Shown here: positions 53,717 through 64,000 of the stretch, piece by piece
Position numbering within the stretch: position 1 is the first letter of the stretch
Layout of the letters: each line of letters begins with the position of its first letter
The notes under the pieces: model-generated
What the model was told of the DNA's origin: nothing
Seen by the model: the letters and a program-made list of their open reading frames with translations, nothing else
The model's database searches: none
Assembly: GCA_035250975.1 (NCBI GenBank)
Contig: DATFEP010000043.1
Location: 36,889 to 100,888 of the forward strand
DNA from: Nitrososphaeraceae archaeon
GTDB taxonomy: Archaea > Thermoproteota > Nitrososphaeria > Nitrososphaerales > Nitrososphaeraceae
Direction of reading: 5' to 3'
DNA length: 64,000 nucleotides
Position numbers and translations under genes: made by a program

Positions 53717-53976
53717 TTGAAACACAACATACTATATACTAGATTATTACTATTTTTTGCTTGTTTATTTTTTAATTGTTATAAATATGTGTCAATAACA
53801 TTGGAATGTTCTTCTCTTAAATTGATGTAATATTTTACTATCAGATTATCAACCTGGAGCGATGTTATTTGTAGTTACTATTATGAAAAATTCAAGGAAT
53901 GAATATCAATACCTCTTTCAGAACTTATATCTTGATGTCCTAAATTTATTTGGAACTATTTAAATTAATAAAAAAG

Positions 53977-54426
53977 TTACAATTGTTTTGATATTCTTTT
54001 AGAACGTATTTCAGAAAGATATTTGATACTAAAAAATATCAATAAAACCTGTAAAATGTATCCACCGACTATCAGTACTATTGCATTTAATGGTTTAGAA
54101 AATGTTAACATCAAATTTACATGTGGAGGAGCAAGGGTATTACCAATTATCACTAGCAATGATATTGGGATACATGCATACAATGCTTGTGTATATCCTT
54201 TCCATAAAAAAACAGATAGGATAATAAATGATAGTTCCAACCCGATTGCCCTATAAATGAACTTTGGATTTCCTAGTGGAATAGCAATTAAACCAATGAT
54301 AATTATGGAAAATAGGATAGCTAGTGTTGTTTTTCTGTAATCAATATACATATAGAGTATAAAAAGATAAATCAATAAACGCAAATTTAAGTCTAATAAC
54401 CAATTTTCTTTTTTTATTACTGTCAT
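53977..54426 (-). CDS. Four-TM membrane protein
   Basis: Hydrophobic segments; start probably later (MYIDY). Confidence 0.65.
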   Translation of the reverse strand: MTVIKKENWLLDLNLRLLIYLFILYMYIDYRKTTLAILFSIIIIGLIAIPLGNPKFIYRAIGLELSFIILSVFLWKGYTQALYACIPISLLVIIGNTLAPPHVNLMLTFSKPLNAIVLIVGGYILQVLLIFFSIKYLSEIRSKRISKQL

Positions 54427-55323
54427 TCATGTAGAGCATGAGATCAAATGATAATACTTTTTCCTATATTTTACACAGCAAGTGAAATAATAAAATGAAA
54501 TATACACAAGAAAACAGCTCCGAATTACTTCTCGTATTTGAAGATATCCATTACTTTGCTTTTGTACAAGTTTCCTAGGTAGATCAAAAAAACGTAATGA
54601 TAAATAAATTACAATTTTTTGCATAAAGATGATTTATTACAAATCTAGAGAATGGGTATTAACACCTTGCATTTACATTCTCTAGATAGTGTGGATTTGA
54701 TTCCAAAATAATCTTTGAATTTTATTTATTATAGCTTGCTACAACTAATTCTATAACAATCTAAAATTAGAATTATATTATTATCTTATTAATTTGTTAG
54801 CAGTGAATGCTAATCAAAATTGTTTTGAGGTACTATCATTTAAAAAATTAATTGGATTGAAAATACTTATCTTGGATAATTAATTTATGAAGTAGAGCTT
54901 TTGTAGAGATATTTGTTTTATAAATCAGCTGTATAGCTTTTCATTATAAATTTTAGAACTGCAAAATTTGGTAAAACACGCACGTATGATTCTGTCCTCT
55001 TTACCAAATGAACAAACATGCTTTGACAATTCAATACTAGTGCAATTATATTTTTTTGTAAAACTCTTTATACTTCAAAAAAACAAAAAAAATTCAGAAA
55101 CACCTATACTTTTTTGCTAACCGTTATCAGATAATCTCCTTAGGTCGATATCTTGAAATGATTTAGGTCCATCTTTCAATAGCACTTTTATTATCAGTAA
55201 ATCAGTATCCGTAAGTGTGAATGCCATTATTATAAAATAGATGTATGTATTATTTTCTATATATCATGTTTTACAAATGTAAAGTCTAGTACTTATACAT
55301 GTATTTGTTTATTACTACTGTAT

Positions 55324-57525
55324 ATGGCAAAAGATCCAATATGTGGAATGTTTGTTGAAGAAACAAAAGATTCAATTCAATACACAGTAGATAAAAAAAA
55401 ATATTATTTCTGCAGTAATCAATGTTTAGATGAATTTATTCAGCCTGAAATAGAACTTAAAAAACTCAAGTTTCATGTTGCGATAAGTATAGCTCTAACC
55501 ATTCCTATTGTTTTATTTTCACTCCCCCATATGTTTCCGACACAATTTGTCAACCTGTTTCCAATGGAAATTATGCACAACACCAAATACATAATGCTAG
55601 CACTGGCTACACCAATACAGTTTTGGATAGGCTGGAGATTTTATAGAGGATTTTGGGACGGGATTAAAGCGAAGGCGTCAAATATGGATACATTGATAGC
55701 TATAGGGACAACTGCTGCATATTTATACAGTGCAATTGTTTCAATTGTTCCATCATATTTTCCATTTGAATCTGTATATTTTGAAACGGCTGCAATTATA
55801 ATCACATTGATCCTAATAGGAAGATTATTAGAGTCAAGAACCAAAGAGAAGGCATCTCATGCTGTAAGAAAATTGTTAGATTTACAACCAAGAATGGCTA
55901 AAGTAATAGCAGATGACGGTACAGAAATCGAGATCCCAATAGAACAAATTCAAGAAGGGCAAATTATTATTGTCAAACCAGGAGAAAGAGTACCTACAGA
56001 TGGAGTGGTAATAGACGGTGCATCGTCTATTGATGAATCAGCAATTACAGGTGAAAGTATACCTGTAGAGAAATCAACAGGAAGTGATGTAATAGGGGCG
56101 ACAATTAACAAGAATGGATTGCTAAAAGTTAAAGCTACAAAAGTTGGACAAGATACAGTACTTTCCCAAATCATTACATTGGTAGAAGAGGCAAGAACTG
56201 GTAAAGCTCAGATACAAAAGATGGTTGATCAGGTCGCAAAATATTTTGTCCCAGCTATTATAATAATAGCTTTAGGAGTATTCGTTGGATGGTACTTTAT
56301 TGGTGATGCTGGTCTAACCTATTCGTTACTTGCATTTGTATCTGTAATGATTATTGCATGTCCTTGTGCATTGGGTATTGCTACTCCGGCAGCTCTTATG
56401 ATGGGTTCAGGCAAGGGTGCGGAAAATGGTATATTGTTTAAAGGGGGCGAATACTTGGAAATTGCAAAAAAGGTAAGAACCATTCTATTTGACAAGACAG
56501 GAACATTAACTACTGGAAAACCATCTGTTACCAATATTATTGACATATCCGGAATTGGTAAAAATGAACTTCTCAGGTTGGCGGCTATTGCAGAATCAGG
56601 GTCAGAGCATCCTTTAGGTCAAGCTGTAGTAACAAAGGCAAAAGAAGAAGGAATTATTGTTTCAAATCCAGAATCCTTTGAAGCAGTATCAGGACATGGA
56701 CTCAAAGCAACATATTCTGATCATGTAATTATAATAGGCAACAGAAAACTTTTAACTGAAAATGATATATCAAGTGAAAGAAGCGATCTCATTTTAAAAG
56801 AATTCGAAGAGGAAGGAAAAACTGCTGTACTAGTTGCTATCGATAATAAACTATCAGGAATCATTGCTATTGCAGACACTATTAAGGAAAATGCAAAAGA
56901 AGCTATCGATCTATTAAAATCTCAAGGTATGGAAATTATAATGCTTACAGGGGACAATGAAAGAACTGCAAAAACAATTGCTTCAAAACTTGGAATAACA
57001 AAAGTAATAGCTCAAGTGATTCCACAACAAAAAGAAGAAGTAGTTGCCAAGCTAAGGTCCGAAGGCAAAGTTGTTGCCATGGTTGGAGATGGTATTAACG
57101 ATGCCCCTGCATTGGCAAGAGCAGATTTGGGAATTGCAATTGGTTCTGGAACGGATGTGGCGAAGGAAACAGGTGGAATCATACTGATAAAGAATGATTT
57201 AATGGATGTTGTTACAGCGTTGGAACTAGGAAGAAAAACAGTCTCTAAAATAAAACAGAACTTATTTTGGGCATTCGTCTATAATACAGGTTTGATCCCT
57301 ATCGCAGCAGGGGCATTGGTTCCATTTCTTGGGTTAGGAATTTTCGGATGGCTTCCAATGCTTGCAGGATTAGCAATGGCTATGAGCTCTGTAACAGTAG
57401 TTGGAAACTCGTTATTGCTTGGAAGGTACAAGCCAAGCTCTTTTGTTAAAAAATCTAAAACCATGTTACATGACTCTAAAAAAGATGACTTAATAGAAGT
57501 AGCTGATTGGATTCCTAATAAGTAG
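55324..57525 (+). CDS. copA: Cu(I)-translocating P1B-ATPase with N-terminal YHS/TRASH domain
   Basis: DPICGM..YFCS..C, TGES, CPC, DKTGT, SEHPL, GDGINDAP, YN, MAMSS. Confidence 0.95.
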   Translation: MAKDPICGMFVEETKDSIQYTVDKKKYYFCSNQCLDEFIQPEIELKKLKFHVAISIALTIPIVLFSLPHMFPTQFVNLFPMEIMHNTKYIMLALATPIQFWIGWRFYRGFWDGIKAKASNMDTLIAIGTTAAYLYSAIVSIVPSYFPFESVYFETAAIIITLILIGRLLESRTKEKASHAVRKLLDLQPRMAKVIADDGTEIEIPIEQIQEGQIIIVKPGERVPTDGVVIDGASSIDESAITGESIPVEKSTGSDVIGATINKNGLLKVKATKVGQDTVLSQIITLVEEARTGKAQIQKMVDQVAKYFVPAIIIIALGVFVGWYFIGDAGLTYSLLAFVSVMIIACPCALGIATPAALMMGSGKGAENGILFKGGEYLEIAKKVRTILFDKTGTLTTGKPSVTNIIDISGIGKNELLRLAAIAESGSEHPLGQAVVTKAKEEGIIVSNPESFEAVSGHGLKATYSDHVIIIGNRKLLTENDISSERSDLILKEFEEEGKTAVLVAIDNKLSGIIAIADTIKENAKEAIDLLKSQGMEIIMLTGDNERTAKTIASKLGITKVIAQVIPQQKEEVVAKLRSEGKVVAMVGDGINDAPALARADLGIAIGSGTDVAKETGGIILIKNDLMDVVTALELGRKTVSKIKQNLFWAFVYNTGLIPIAAGALVPFLGLGIFGWLPMLAGLAMAMSSVTVVGNSLLLGRYKPSSFVKKSKTMLHDSKKDDLIEVADWIPNK

Positions 57526-57554
57526 AATGCAAATATAAAAAATTTTTTCCTTTT

Positions 57555-57797
57555 TTATAAATGATTATCTATATATGAGGATTTCCTTACAAATTTGTAT
57601 CCAGATTTTTCCAATTTTTCTTTAATCTCCTCCTTTGATATCAATAATGAATTATATTCCACTATTACACTATCCGTCATGTAATCTAGATCTATTCTCT
57701 TAATTCCTTTTTCGTTCTTGAGTTGCTTTTCTACTATTGGTTTACAACTAACACAATACATTCCAACAATTCTAAATAATGCTTTTTCGATCTTCAT
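57555..57797 (-). CDS. Heavy-metal-associated (HMA, CopZ-like) protein
   Basis: GMYCVSC, GY terminal motif; probable start MKIEK at 57797. Confidence 0.85.
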   Translation of the reverse strand: MKIEKALFRIVGMYCVSCKPIVEKQLKNEKGIKRIDLDYMTDSVIVEYNSLLISKEEIKEKLEKSGYKFVRKSSYIDNHL

Positions 57798-58081
57798 TTT
57801 ATTGAAATCAGATACGAATAGAATTAGTTCGGTAATAAAATTTTTTTCTGTTGATCTTTTTTTGCTCCCATACCACAATTATTATCCCGCCATATTCATA
57901 ATAAATCAGATTAAGTATTATAATATAATAGAATAAATTTGATTTCTTTATTGCATCTAAGAACTTGGAAATGTCATAGTAAATCCATATTTAACATCAA
58001 ATTTCGATTAATTTCTCCCAAATGAGAGACGTATCTAGATATTCAAAACCTTTTATTGACCGACACAGAAATAATTAATAA

Positions 58082-59059
58082 ATGGATTTACAAAATTGTA
58101 AGAGTTTATCCTTAATGGCTATAAACCAAGGACATACAAAAATTGTATACACATTATTACTATTTGTTGTAGCTGGATTATTGTTCATTCATGGTAATAT
58201 CAATAACTTCAATTATGTTTATGGACAAGACCAGGATATTATAATCAATACAACGAAGTTGGCAGATAATATCTACATGCTCCAAGGATCAGGAGGAAAT
58301 ATTTTGGTCTCAGTAGGACAAGATGGTACCTTCATTGTAGATGATCAATTTGCACCTCTTACTGTAAAAATTAAAGATGCAATTTCCAAGATAACTGATA
58401 AAGCTATAGAGTTTGTAATTAATACGCATTGGCATCCGGACCATACAGGAGGAAATGAGAATCTTGGAGAGGCAGGAGCAATAATAGTATCACATGATAA
58501 CGTAAGAAAACGTCTTAGTACAGAACAATTCTCCGATTTCTTCAAACGATCGGTTTCACCTTTGTCTGAAAAAGGATTACCAATTATTACATTCTCAGAT
58601 AACATGACAATCTATCAAAATCGGGAGGAAATAAGAATAATCCATATAGATAATGGTCACACGGATGGTGACTCCGTAATCTATTTTCCAAAGAGTAACG
58701 TAATTCATGTTGGAGATGACTTTAGTGACAAGTCATTTCCGTTCATAGATATATCAAGCGGTGGATCAATAGACGGATTGATCACTTCATTAAAAATGAT
58801 ATCTTCAATAATTAATGATGAGACTAAAGTTGTTTCTGGACATACTGGAATATCAAACAAGACCAAAGTTATTGATTTTGCAAATATGTTAAAAGAAGTA
58901 CGCAACCAAATAAGTCAAATGATAAATGAAGGAAAATCTTTACAGGATATTATTAATGCACAACCCACATCCAACTATGAGAAAATATATTATGATTATA
59001 AGTCAATAAAGCCAAAAGACTTTGTGACACATACATATCAGAGTCTTACAAAAGAATAA
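58082..59059 (+). CDS. Secreted or membrane-anchored MBL-fold metallohydrolase
   Basis: NTHWHPDHTGGN, GHTDGD, H.GD, GH. Confidence 0.9.
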   Translation: MDLQNCKSLSLMAINQGHTKIVYTLLLFVVAGLLFIHGNINNFNYVYGQDQDIIINTTKLADNIYMLQGSGGNILVSVGQDGTFIVDDQFAPLTVKIKDAISKITDKAIEFVINTHWHPDHTGGNENLGEAGAIIVSHDNVRKRLSTEQFSDFFKRSVSPLSEKGLPIITFSDNMTIYQNREEIRIIHIDNGHTDGDSVIYFPKSNVIHVGDDFSDKSFPFIDISSGGSIDGLITSLKMISSIINDETKVVSGHTGISNKTKVIDFANMLKEVRNQISQMINEGKSLQDIINAQPTSNYEKIYYDYKSIKPKDFVTHTYQSLTKE

Positions 59060-59416
59060 ATTCATGATAATATATTTCCCTTTTTTGAATATTTATTATT
59101 AAGATAGTATATATTCTATTTCCATGAAATATTTTATTTTAATAAGTAAATTATTAAATTTATTAATCTCACTTTATAGCAGATTGAAAATGACAGTATT
59201 TCATCTATCGTTTTTTAATATTACCATCAAAAATTATATTGTGAATATTTCAAAAAAGTTACCAAAAAGACTGATATTAGTTTACGGATCCTAATAACAT
59301 TGCATACTCTGAACCTTCTGAACTCTATACCAGAGTAACAACTTTATTGATTTTAACTTGTAATATTATTTCATGAGTATTCATACAGCAATATGACAAG
59401 TCATTATTGATAACAG

Positions 59417-59971
59417 CTACTTATTTCCTTCTTTTACCTCATTTCTATGATTCTGAATTAGTTTGTCTAGTTTTGGATTAATAACAAAAGTACAATATGG
59501 AGCATCTTTATGTTTTTCATAATAATCTATGTGATAATCTTCTGCAACAAAAAAATTGGTAAAAGGAGTAATTTCTGTCACAATTGGATCTTTGTAAACA
59601 TTTTCCTTTTCAAGATCTGTTTTTGATTTTTCTGCGATCTGTTTCTGCTTTTCATCATGATAAAAGATTGCGGAACGGTACTGAGTACCTACATCGTTGC
59701 CTTGCCTATTCAACGTGGTAGGATCATGTGTACGCCAGAAAATATCTAGTATTTTTTCAAAAGTTATAACATTCGGATCAAATTCTATCTGAATGGACTC
59801 TGCATGGCCTGACCTACCAGTGCACACCTGCTCATAAGAAGGATTTTTTAATGTTCCTCCGGCATATCCAGGTAGAATATTTTTTATACCTTTGATTTTT
59901 TTAAATATCGCTTCTGTACACCAAAAACATCCGTTGGCAAGTGTTGCTATTTCATTTTCATTGTTATTCAT
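59417..59971 (-). CDS. msrA: Peptide methionine sulfoxide reductase A
   Basis: GCFWC, HDPT..NRQGND.GTQYRS, AEDYH. Confidence 0.96.
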   Translation of the reverse strand: MNNNENEIATLANGCFWCTEAIFKKIKGIKNILPGYAGGTLKNPSYEQVCTGRSGHAESIQIEFDPNVITFEKILDIFWRTHDPTTLNRQGNDVGTQYRSAIFYHDEKQKQIAEKSKTDLEKENVYKDPIVTEITPFTNFFVAEDYHIDYYEKHKDAPYCTFVINPKLDKLIQNHRNEVKEGNK

Positions 59972-60353
59972 TTTTTATCTTTGGCAACTCCTCGTCATTT
60001 TGGATAAAACGTATGGATAATGAATTGACACATTCACGTCTGTTTTTTTCTGTCAAATTTTCTCCAAGAAATTCATGTCCTAAGTGCCCTCCACAATTTG
60101 CACATTCTATTTCTGTTCTTATTCCATCAGGATCAGGGACGTGCCTTATTGCATTTGGGAAATATGCATCAAAGCTTGGCCAACCACATCCAGAATTAAA
60201 CTTGCTTTTTGATGAAAAGAGAGGAGCATTACATCTTCTACATATATAGGTTCCATCTTCGTAAAAATTGTCATACTCGCCAATGAAAGGAGGTTCCGTT
60301 GCTTTATTTAGTATGACTCTTTCCTCTTCTGGGTTTAGTTTATTGTAGTCCAT
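59964..60353 (-). CDS. msrB: Peptide methionine sulfoxide reductase B
   Basis: SGCGWPSF, RTEI.C..C.GHLGH, CVNS. Confidence 0.96.
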   Translation of the reverse strand: MDYNKLNPEEERVILNKATEPPFIGEYDNFYEDGTYICRRCNAPLFSSKSKFNSGCGWPSFDAYFPNAIRHVPDPDGIRTEIECANCGGHLGHEFLGENLTEKNRRECVNSLSIRFIQNDEELPKIKNE

Positions 60354-60910
60354 AATATTAACTTCCTCGACAAATTTTTGAACCTTCCGATTTCATATTG
60401 TATTTTGTAATGTAATTGGTAATATTTGCATGATCGAATTAGTAATAGAATAATATTAGTATTCATTAAACAAGGCGAATATAACAAAAAAATCTTGTGC
60501 GTCATATTTTAAGATCTAGAATTTACGTCTTTACAATTTTCTAAAGCTCCAATCGATATATCATCCCTTTATATCTTTAGTCTACAAATCGAGTTGAAAG
60601 AAACTAATGAGAAAAAAGAAAAAGGGGAGATGCCTGACCCTGTGTCGAATTTCTAATATATCATAATTCATCTAGGAATTTAAATTATTAAAAAATATGT
60701 TACCTAATTAGAGGATAATGAATATTTTAAATGTTCTTATCTTATCTATCAGTGATAAGCTGATTTTTCCTATTATAAAAAAAGAAATTCTAGAATCTCC
60801 AATGTATTCAAGTAAATTGTATGAATTGATTACTTCAATTTGTAGTTAATCTTATATGATCAACCTATAAAAAGTACTTAAATACTCTAAAGTCATATTG
60901 TCTATCAAAC

Positions 60911-61159
60911 TTGATAAATAATTCTATAAAAAAAGAAAAATCGCATTCTGAAGACAAGAACTTAAGTAGCTACAAAAAAGTTATAAAAGGAAAAGAACTT
61001 GAGCAAATAGAGGAATTGAGTATTAAAATTGATTTATTGGTGGAATTATTATCAGAAAAAGGAATTATAAATAAAAAAGGATATATCAACAATTTAATGA
61101 TGCGTTTACATGAAACATCCAAGGCAAAAACCTTTGAGGAAATGGATGAAGAAATATAG
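60911..61159 (+). CDS. Small hypothetical protein
   Basis: LVELLSEKGII...Y pattern. Confidence 0.55.
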   Translation: MINNSIKKEKSHSEDKNLSSYKKVIKGKELEQIEELSIKIDLLVELLSEKGIINKKGYINNLMMRLHETSKAKTFEEMDEEI

Positions 61160-61463
61160 ACAAGACCAGTATAAAAAAACAGGTTATTTTCCTTCTTTAG
61201 ATTAATTCTTGTAACTATTCATTAACTAAGCTAAAATAAATTCTTAATTGTTTATCGATAAATAAATAATAAAGATAATGTAGAGATTATTGGCTTTGTA
61301 TAATTTAACATAGTTTACTATAACTTATTTTATTTTGTTATTGTCTAAATAAAATAAATGAAAAAATTTTAATGTTAAGTTATCTAAATAAATCATGCTT
61401 TGTATGAATTACCTTAGATATGGTACAGTTACAATAATATTTCTATAATTTTATAACTCTTTC

Positions 61464-61796
61464 ATGAATGATGTAAACTACAAAGAGTTTAATAATGTCG
61501 TATCTTCACAAGATAAAAGCTTAGTATTATTTTATGCAGATTGGTGTCCTTATTGTAGCAGCTTTAAACCAATTTTTGAATCAAAAGAAGATCCAGATAA
61601 TCAAAATTATACATTCTATAGTGTGAAATTAAATGAGGAAGAAAATCCTCTGTGGGATGAATTTAATATAGATTCGGTTCCTACTATAATAGCATTTGAA
61701 AAAGATAAAATGGTTTCTCGCAGAAACGCGAAAATGGGTATTGGATTATCCAAATCTGACATTGATTCATTACTCCTAGAATTAAAATGGAGTTAA
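61464..61796 (+). CDS. Thioredoxin-family protein
   Basis: FYADWCPYC, VPT. Confidence 0.88.
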   Translation: MNDVNYKEFNNVVSSQDKSLVLFYADWCPYCSSFKPIFESKEDPDNQNYTFYSVKLNEEENPLWDEFNIDSVPTIIAFEKDKMVSRRNAKMGIGLSKSDIDSLLLELKWS

Positions 61797-62371
61797 TTAC
61801 AACCTCATTATATTTTAAATATAGGGATATTGACCTTTAAATATGATAATTATAAAATCTGAAGGAATCTTAATTATACTGAATTAGAATTTGCATTATA
61901 TATATTTAAAGGGAAAAAATAGATAAAGAACATTACAATCTTTTAAAAGAAAAAGATTTCAGAACTGGAAAATAAAAAATATATTAATTATTGGAGTCTA
62001 AAACTCATAGGGATATATTTATGAGAAGACCATTTGACTCATATTGATGATGATACAATGAAAAAGGTCTTATATTCATACGAAATTTGAATTAGTATAA
62101 ATGCGATTGATAATTTAGATAATCAACAAATGTGTAATTTCCTTTAATAATACTATTATCTATATTTTTTTTATCATTATTATTTCAATATCATAATATA
62201 TATACATAAATATCTAACAATCAATTATTAGACACATTTTGGTATTTTGATGTAAAGGGAACATATGAATCTGCAAATAAAAACTTAATGGTAAGTTTGA
62301 TAGAGTAGAAGAAAAGGATAGTATCAATCAGTTTCTAGTGGGCTGAAGTAAGCCTTATTAGCATATATCCT

Positions 62372-62409
62372 AGAATAGATTCTTAATTGCTTTGAATCTA
62401 TTCTTTTTT
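62372..62409 (+). terminator. Hairpin followed by a T tract
   Basis: AGAATAGATTC-N11-GAATCTATTCT then T run; no upstream gene evident. Confidence 0.35.
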
Positions 62410-62813
62410 GGGTAAAAATCCTACTTCTTACAGCATCAGTCATACTTCAATAATTGTTTTTATTTTTTTTATTATTTTTATTAAGTTTTTCCGTATGGCG
62501 TGTTGCGTGTGAGCAATAAATTTATATAAATATTTTACATTTTGCTTAGATTTTATATAAATCTGTGTAAGTGGTGACATATTAGGGGCTAGAATTAAGT
62601 CTATAAATCAAAATACGCTAGATTGGGGTTTATAAGACTGATCTTATATATTTGAAACCTATTCGATATAGAAATCACCTACCGATTTCATTTTGTTCTT
62701 AAACATAATTTTCTAATTATGTTACCGTCGATAATTCGAAATGATAAAATATTCCAAGATTAGATAATGTTCTTTCCAACTTTAGATATATTAAAATCGT
62801 AAATAAGAATGTA

Positions 62814-63314
62814 ATGAGCAATAAAAAGATAGTTCTGGCTTCTATCACAGTGATAGTAGCCGCAGGTCTATTGGCTTTAAGCCCATTAATGATGATAGGA
62901 AATGCACAAGCACAAATGTACGCAGACCGGTACGGCTATGATAGCAACTATTACCAAGATGACAGATACGATTATGATAACCATCCAAAAAAAAGTTCTG
63001 ATGTAAATATCCAGAAAATCAATTGTCTAAACAGTAACGTTAACCAAGGGGGAACACTTCCACTTCCTAGAGTTGTTGAATTAGAAGCTTACCTAGCTAA
63101 TCCTGCTAATACAGTACCAATAGGTGCTGATCCAGATGTAAACAGTATAGGAGAGTTATATGATACAATCGAGGCAGCTGATGGTACTGACGATCAAGTA
63201 GAGGAAGATGACATAAGAGGTCTTCTTGGAGTCGCTTTAAAAAATCCATCTCCTGGTCAAGTCCTTCAGGTAATTAATTGTCTACTAGGCCTAGGATTGA
63301 TAACAGAGGATTGA
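62814..63314 (+). CDS. Secreted protein, paralogue of 36050-36472 with a different C-terminal domain
   Basis: Signal peptide, Tyr-rich linker, HPKK..DVNIQKINCLNSNVN. Confidence 0.75.
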   Translation: MSNKKIVLASITVIVAAGLLALSPLMMIGNAQAQMYADRYGYDSNYYQDDRYDYDNHPKKSSDVNIQKINCLNSNVNQGGTLPLPRVVELEAYLANPANTVPIGADPDVNSIGELYDTIEAADGTDDQVEEDDIRGLLGVALKNPSPGQVLQVINCLLGLGLITED

Positions 63315-63425
63315 TAACAGAATCTCCTTAACTAACAATCCATCCTACCTTTTTTTTATTTATCCCATATACATAAATTAATTAATTTTTTACTCTAGCG
63401 ACTTTTGGATAAATATTTTTAGTCA

Positions 63426-63689
63426 TCATGATGGTTTTGACCTTAGAAATTCTTTTAGAAGTCTTTCTGACTTCGTTACCTCTTGTAGAAATTTTCTTGA
63501 CTCGAATGTCTTTGCAAATTTTAAATTCAAGTATTTAATGCATTCACTGCATATCCTCGTCCTTGGAATTGATGTTTTATCTTCCCATAACTCTACGAAG
63601 AAGAAAGAGATTTTTTGACATACATGACAGGTCTCACCATTCTGAATATCAGTATGGTCGCCAATATTGATGATAGTCTTCAGTTTCAT
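63426..63689 (-). CDS. Small Zn-finger hypothetical protein
   Basis: CHVC...CSEC. Confidence 0.55.
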   Translation of the reverse strand: MKLKTIINIGDHTDIQNGETCHVCQKISFFFVELWEDKTSIPRTRICSECIKYLNLKFAKTFESRKFLQEVTKSERLLKEFLRSKPS

Positions 63690-63691
63690 TT

Positions 63692-63862
63692 CTAATGTTG
63701 ATGTTGTTTATTCTTACTATCATAAAAATCTAGCAACTTTCTGATAACATCATCATAGGTTTCATTCCTTTTTCCCTTTATCAGAGACTGGTTGAATGGA
63801 CATGATTTTAGAAACTAGCCTAATGCAATAAAAACAGAATGACATTCATGATTTAATGCCAT
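63692..63862 (-). pseudogene. Mosaic remnant: DUF6659-like 5' end joined to an RHH/antitoxin-like tail
   Basis: MALNHECHSVFI (cf. MVLNDKFHSVFI at 28467), then KGKRNETYDDVIRKLLDFY. Confidence 0.5.
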
Positions 63863-63965
63863 TGTTCGTTAGATAATTTTTTTAATCGTAATAAAAAAGT
63901 TATCAATGAGTATTATCATGAATAAGAAATTCTTTCACCATTAATTATTCTACTACTCTAGACAT

Positions 63966-64000
63966 ATTTTATTTTATTTTATTTTATTTTATTTTATTTT
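63966..64000. repeat. (ATTTT)n microsatellite, at least 7 units
   Basis: Directly visible; runs off the window end. Confidence 0.9.

Noticed and set aside
497-60249. Numerous 60-150 aa ORFs antisense to or nested in confident genes (e.g. 14113-14451, 31145-31609, 44407-44811)
   Set aside because: Shadow ORFs with no motifs
1-64000. CRISPR array or rRNA
   Set aside because: No regularly spaced repeats with unique spacers and no rRNA-like region; tandem repeats seen are spacerless

Overview
AT-rich archaeal chromosomal window whose gene families point to an ammonia-oxidising archaeon of the Nitrososphaeraceae, most likely Ca. Nitrosocosmicus-like (inferred from protein families, not from a search). 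Housekeeping genes fill the first ~10.6 kb (CorA, APC permease, UbiD-family decarboxylase, LamG, cupin). A tRNA-Gly(TCC) with two BHB introns follows, then a decayed island with integrase, HsdM and HNH remnants, a GC-rich SDR gene and an orphan contractile-injection-system tail tube gene. Next is a PolB2 cassette (inactive RadA-like, two small helical paralogues, PolB2) divergent from a PD-(D/E)xK nuclease ending in a PIP-like motif, with a palindrome over the cassette start. This is the best candidate for an undescribed system. Further on are HtrA with a probable CTG start coupled to a 32-aa uORF, an IS6 element with TIRs and an 8-bp TSD, a SLATT-like/EEP islet, an HNH-HIT fusion divergent from a stand-alone NurA-HerA pair, DUF72 with a canonical PIP box, and a copper/redox block (CopA, HMA, MsrAB, thioredoxins). 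Many pseudogene fragments and dispersed duplications are present. No CRISPR array or rRNA was seen. All family calls come from motif recognition by eye.
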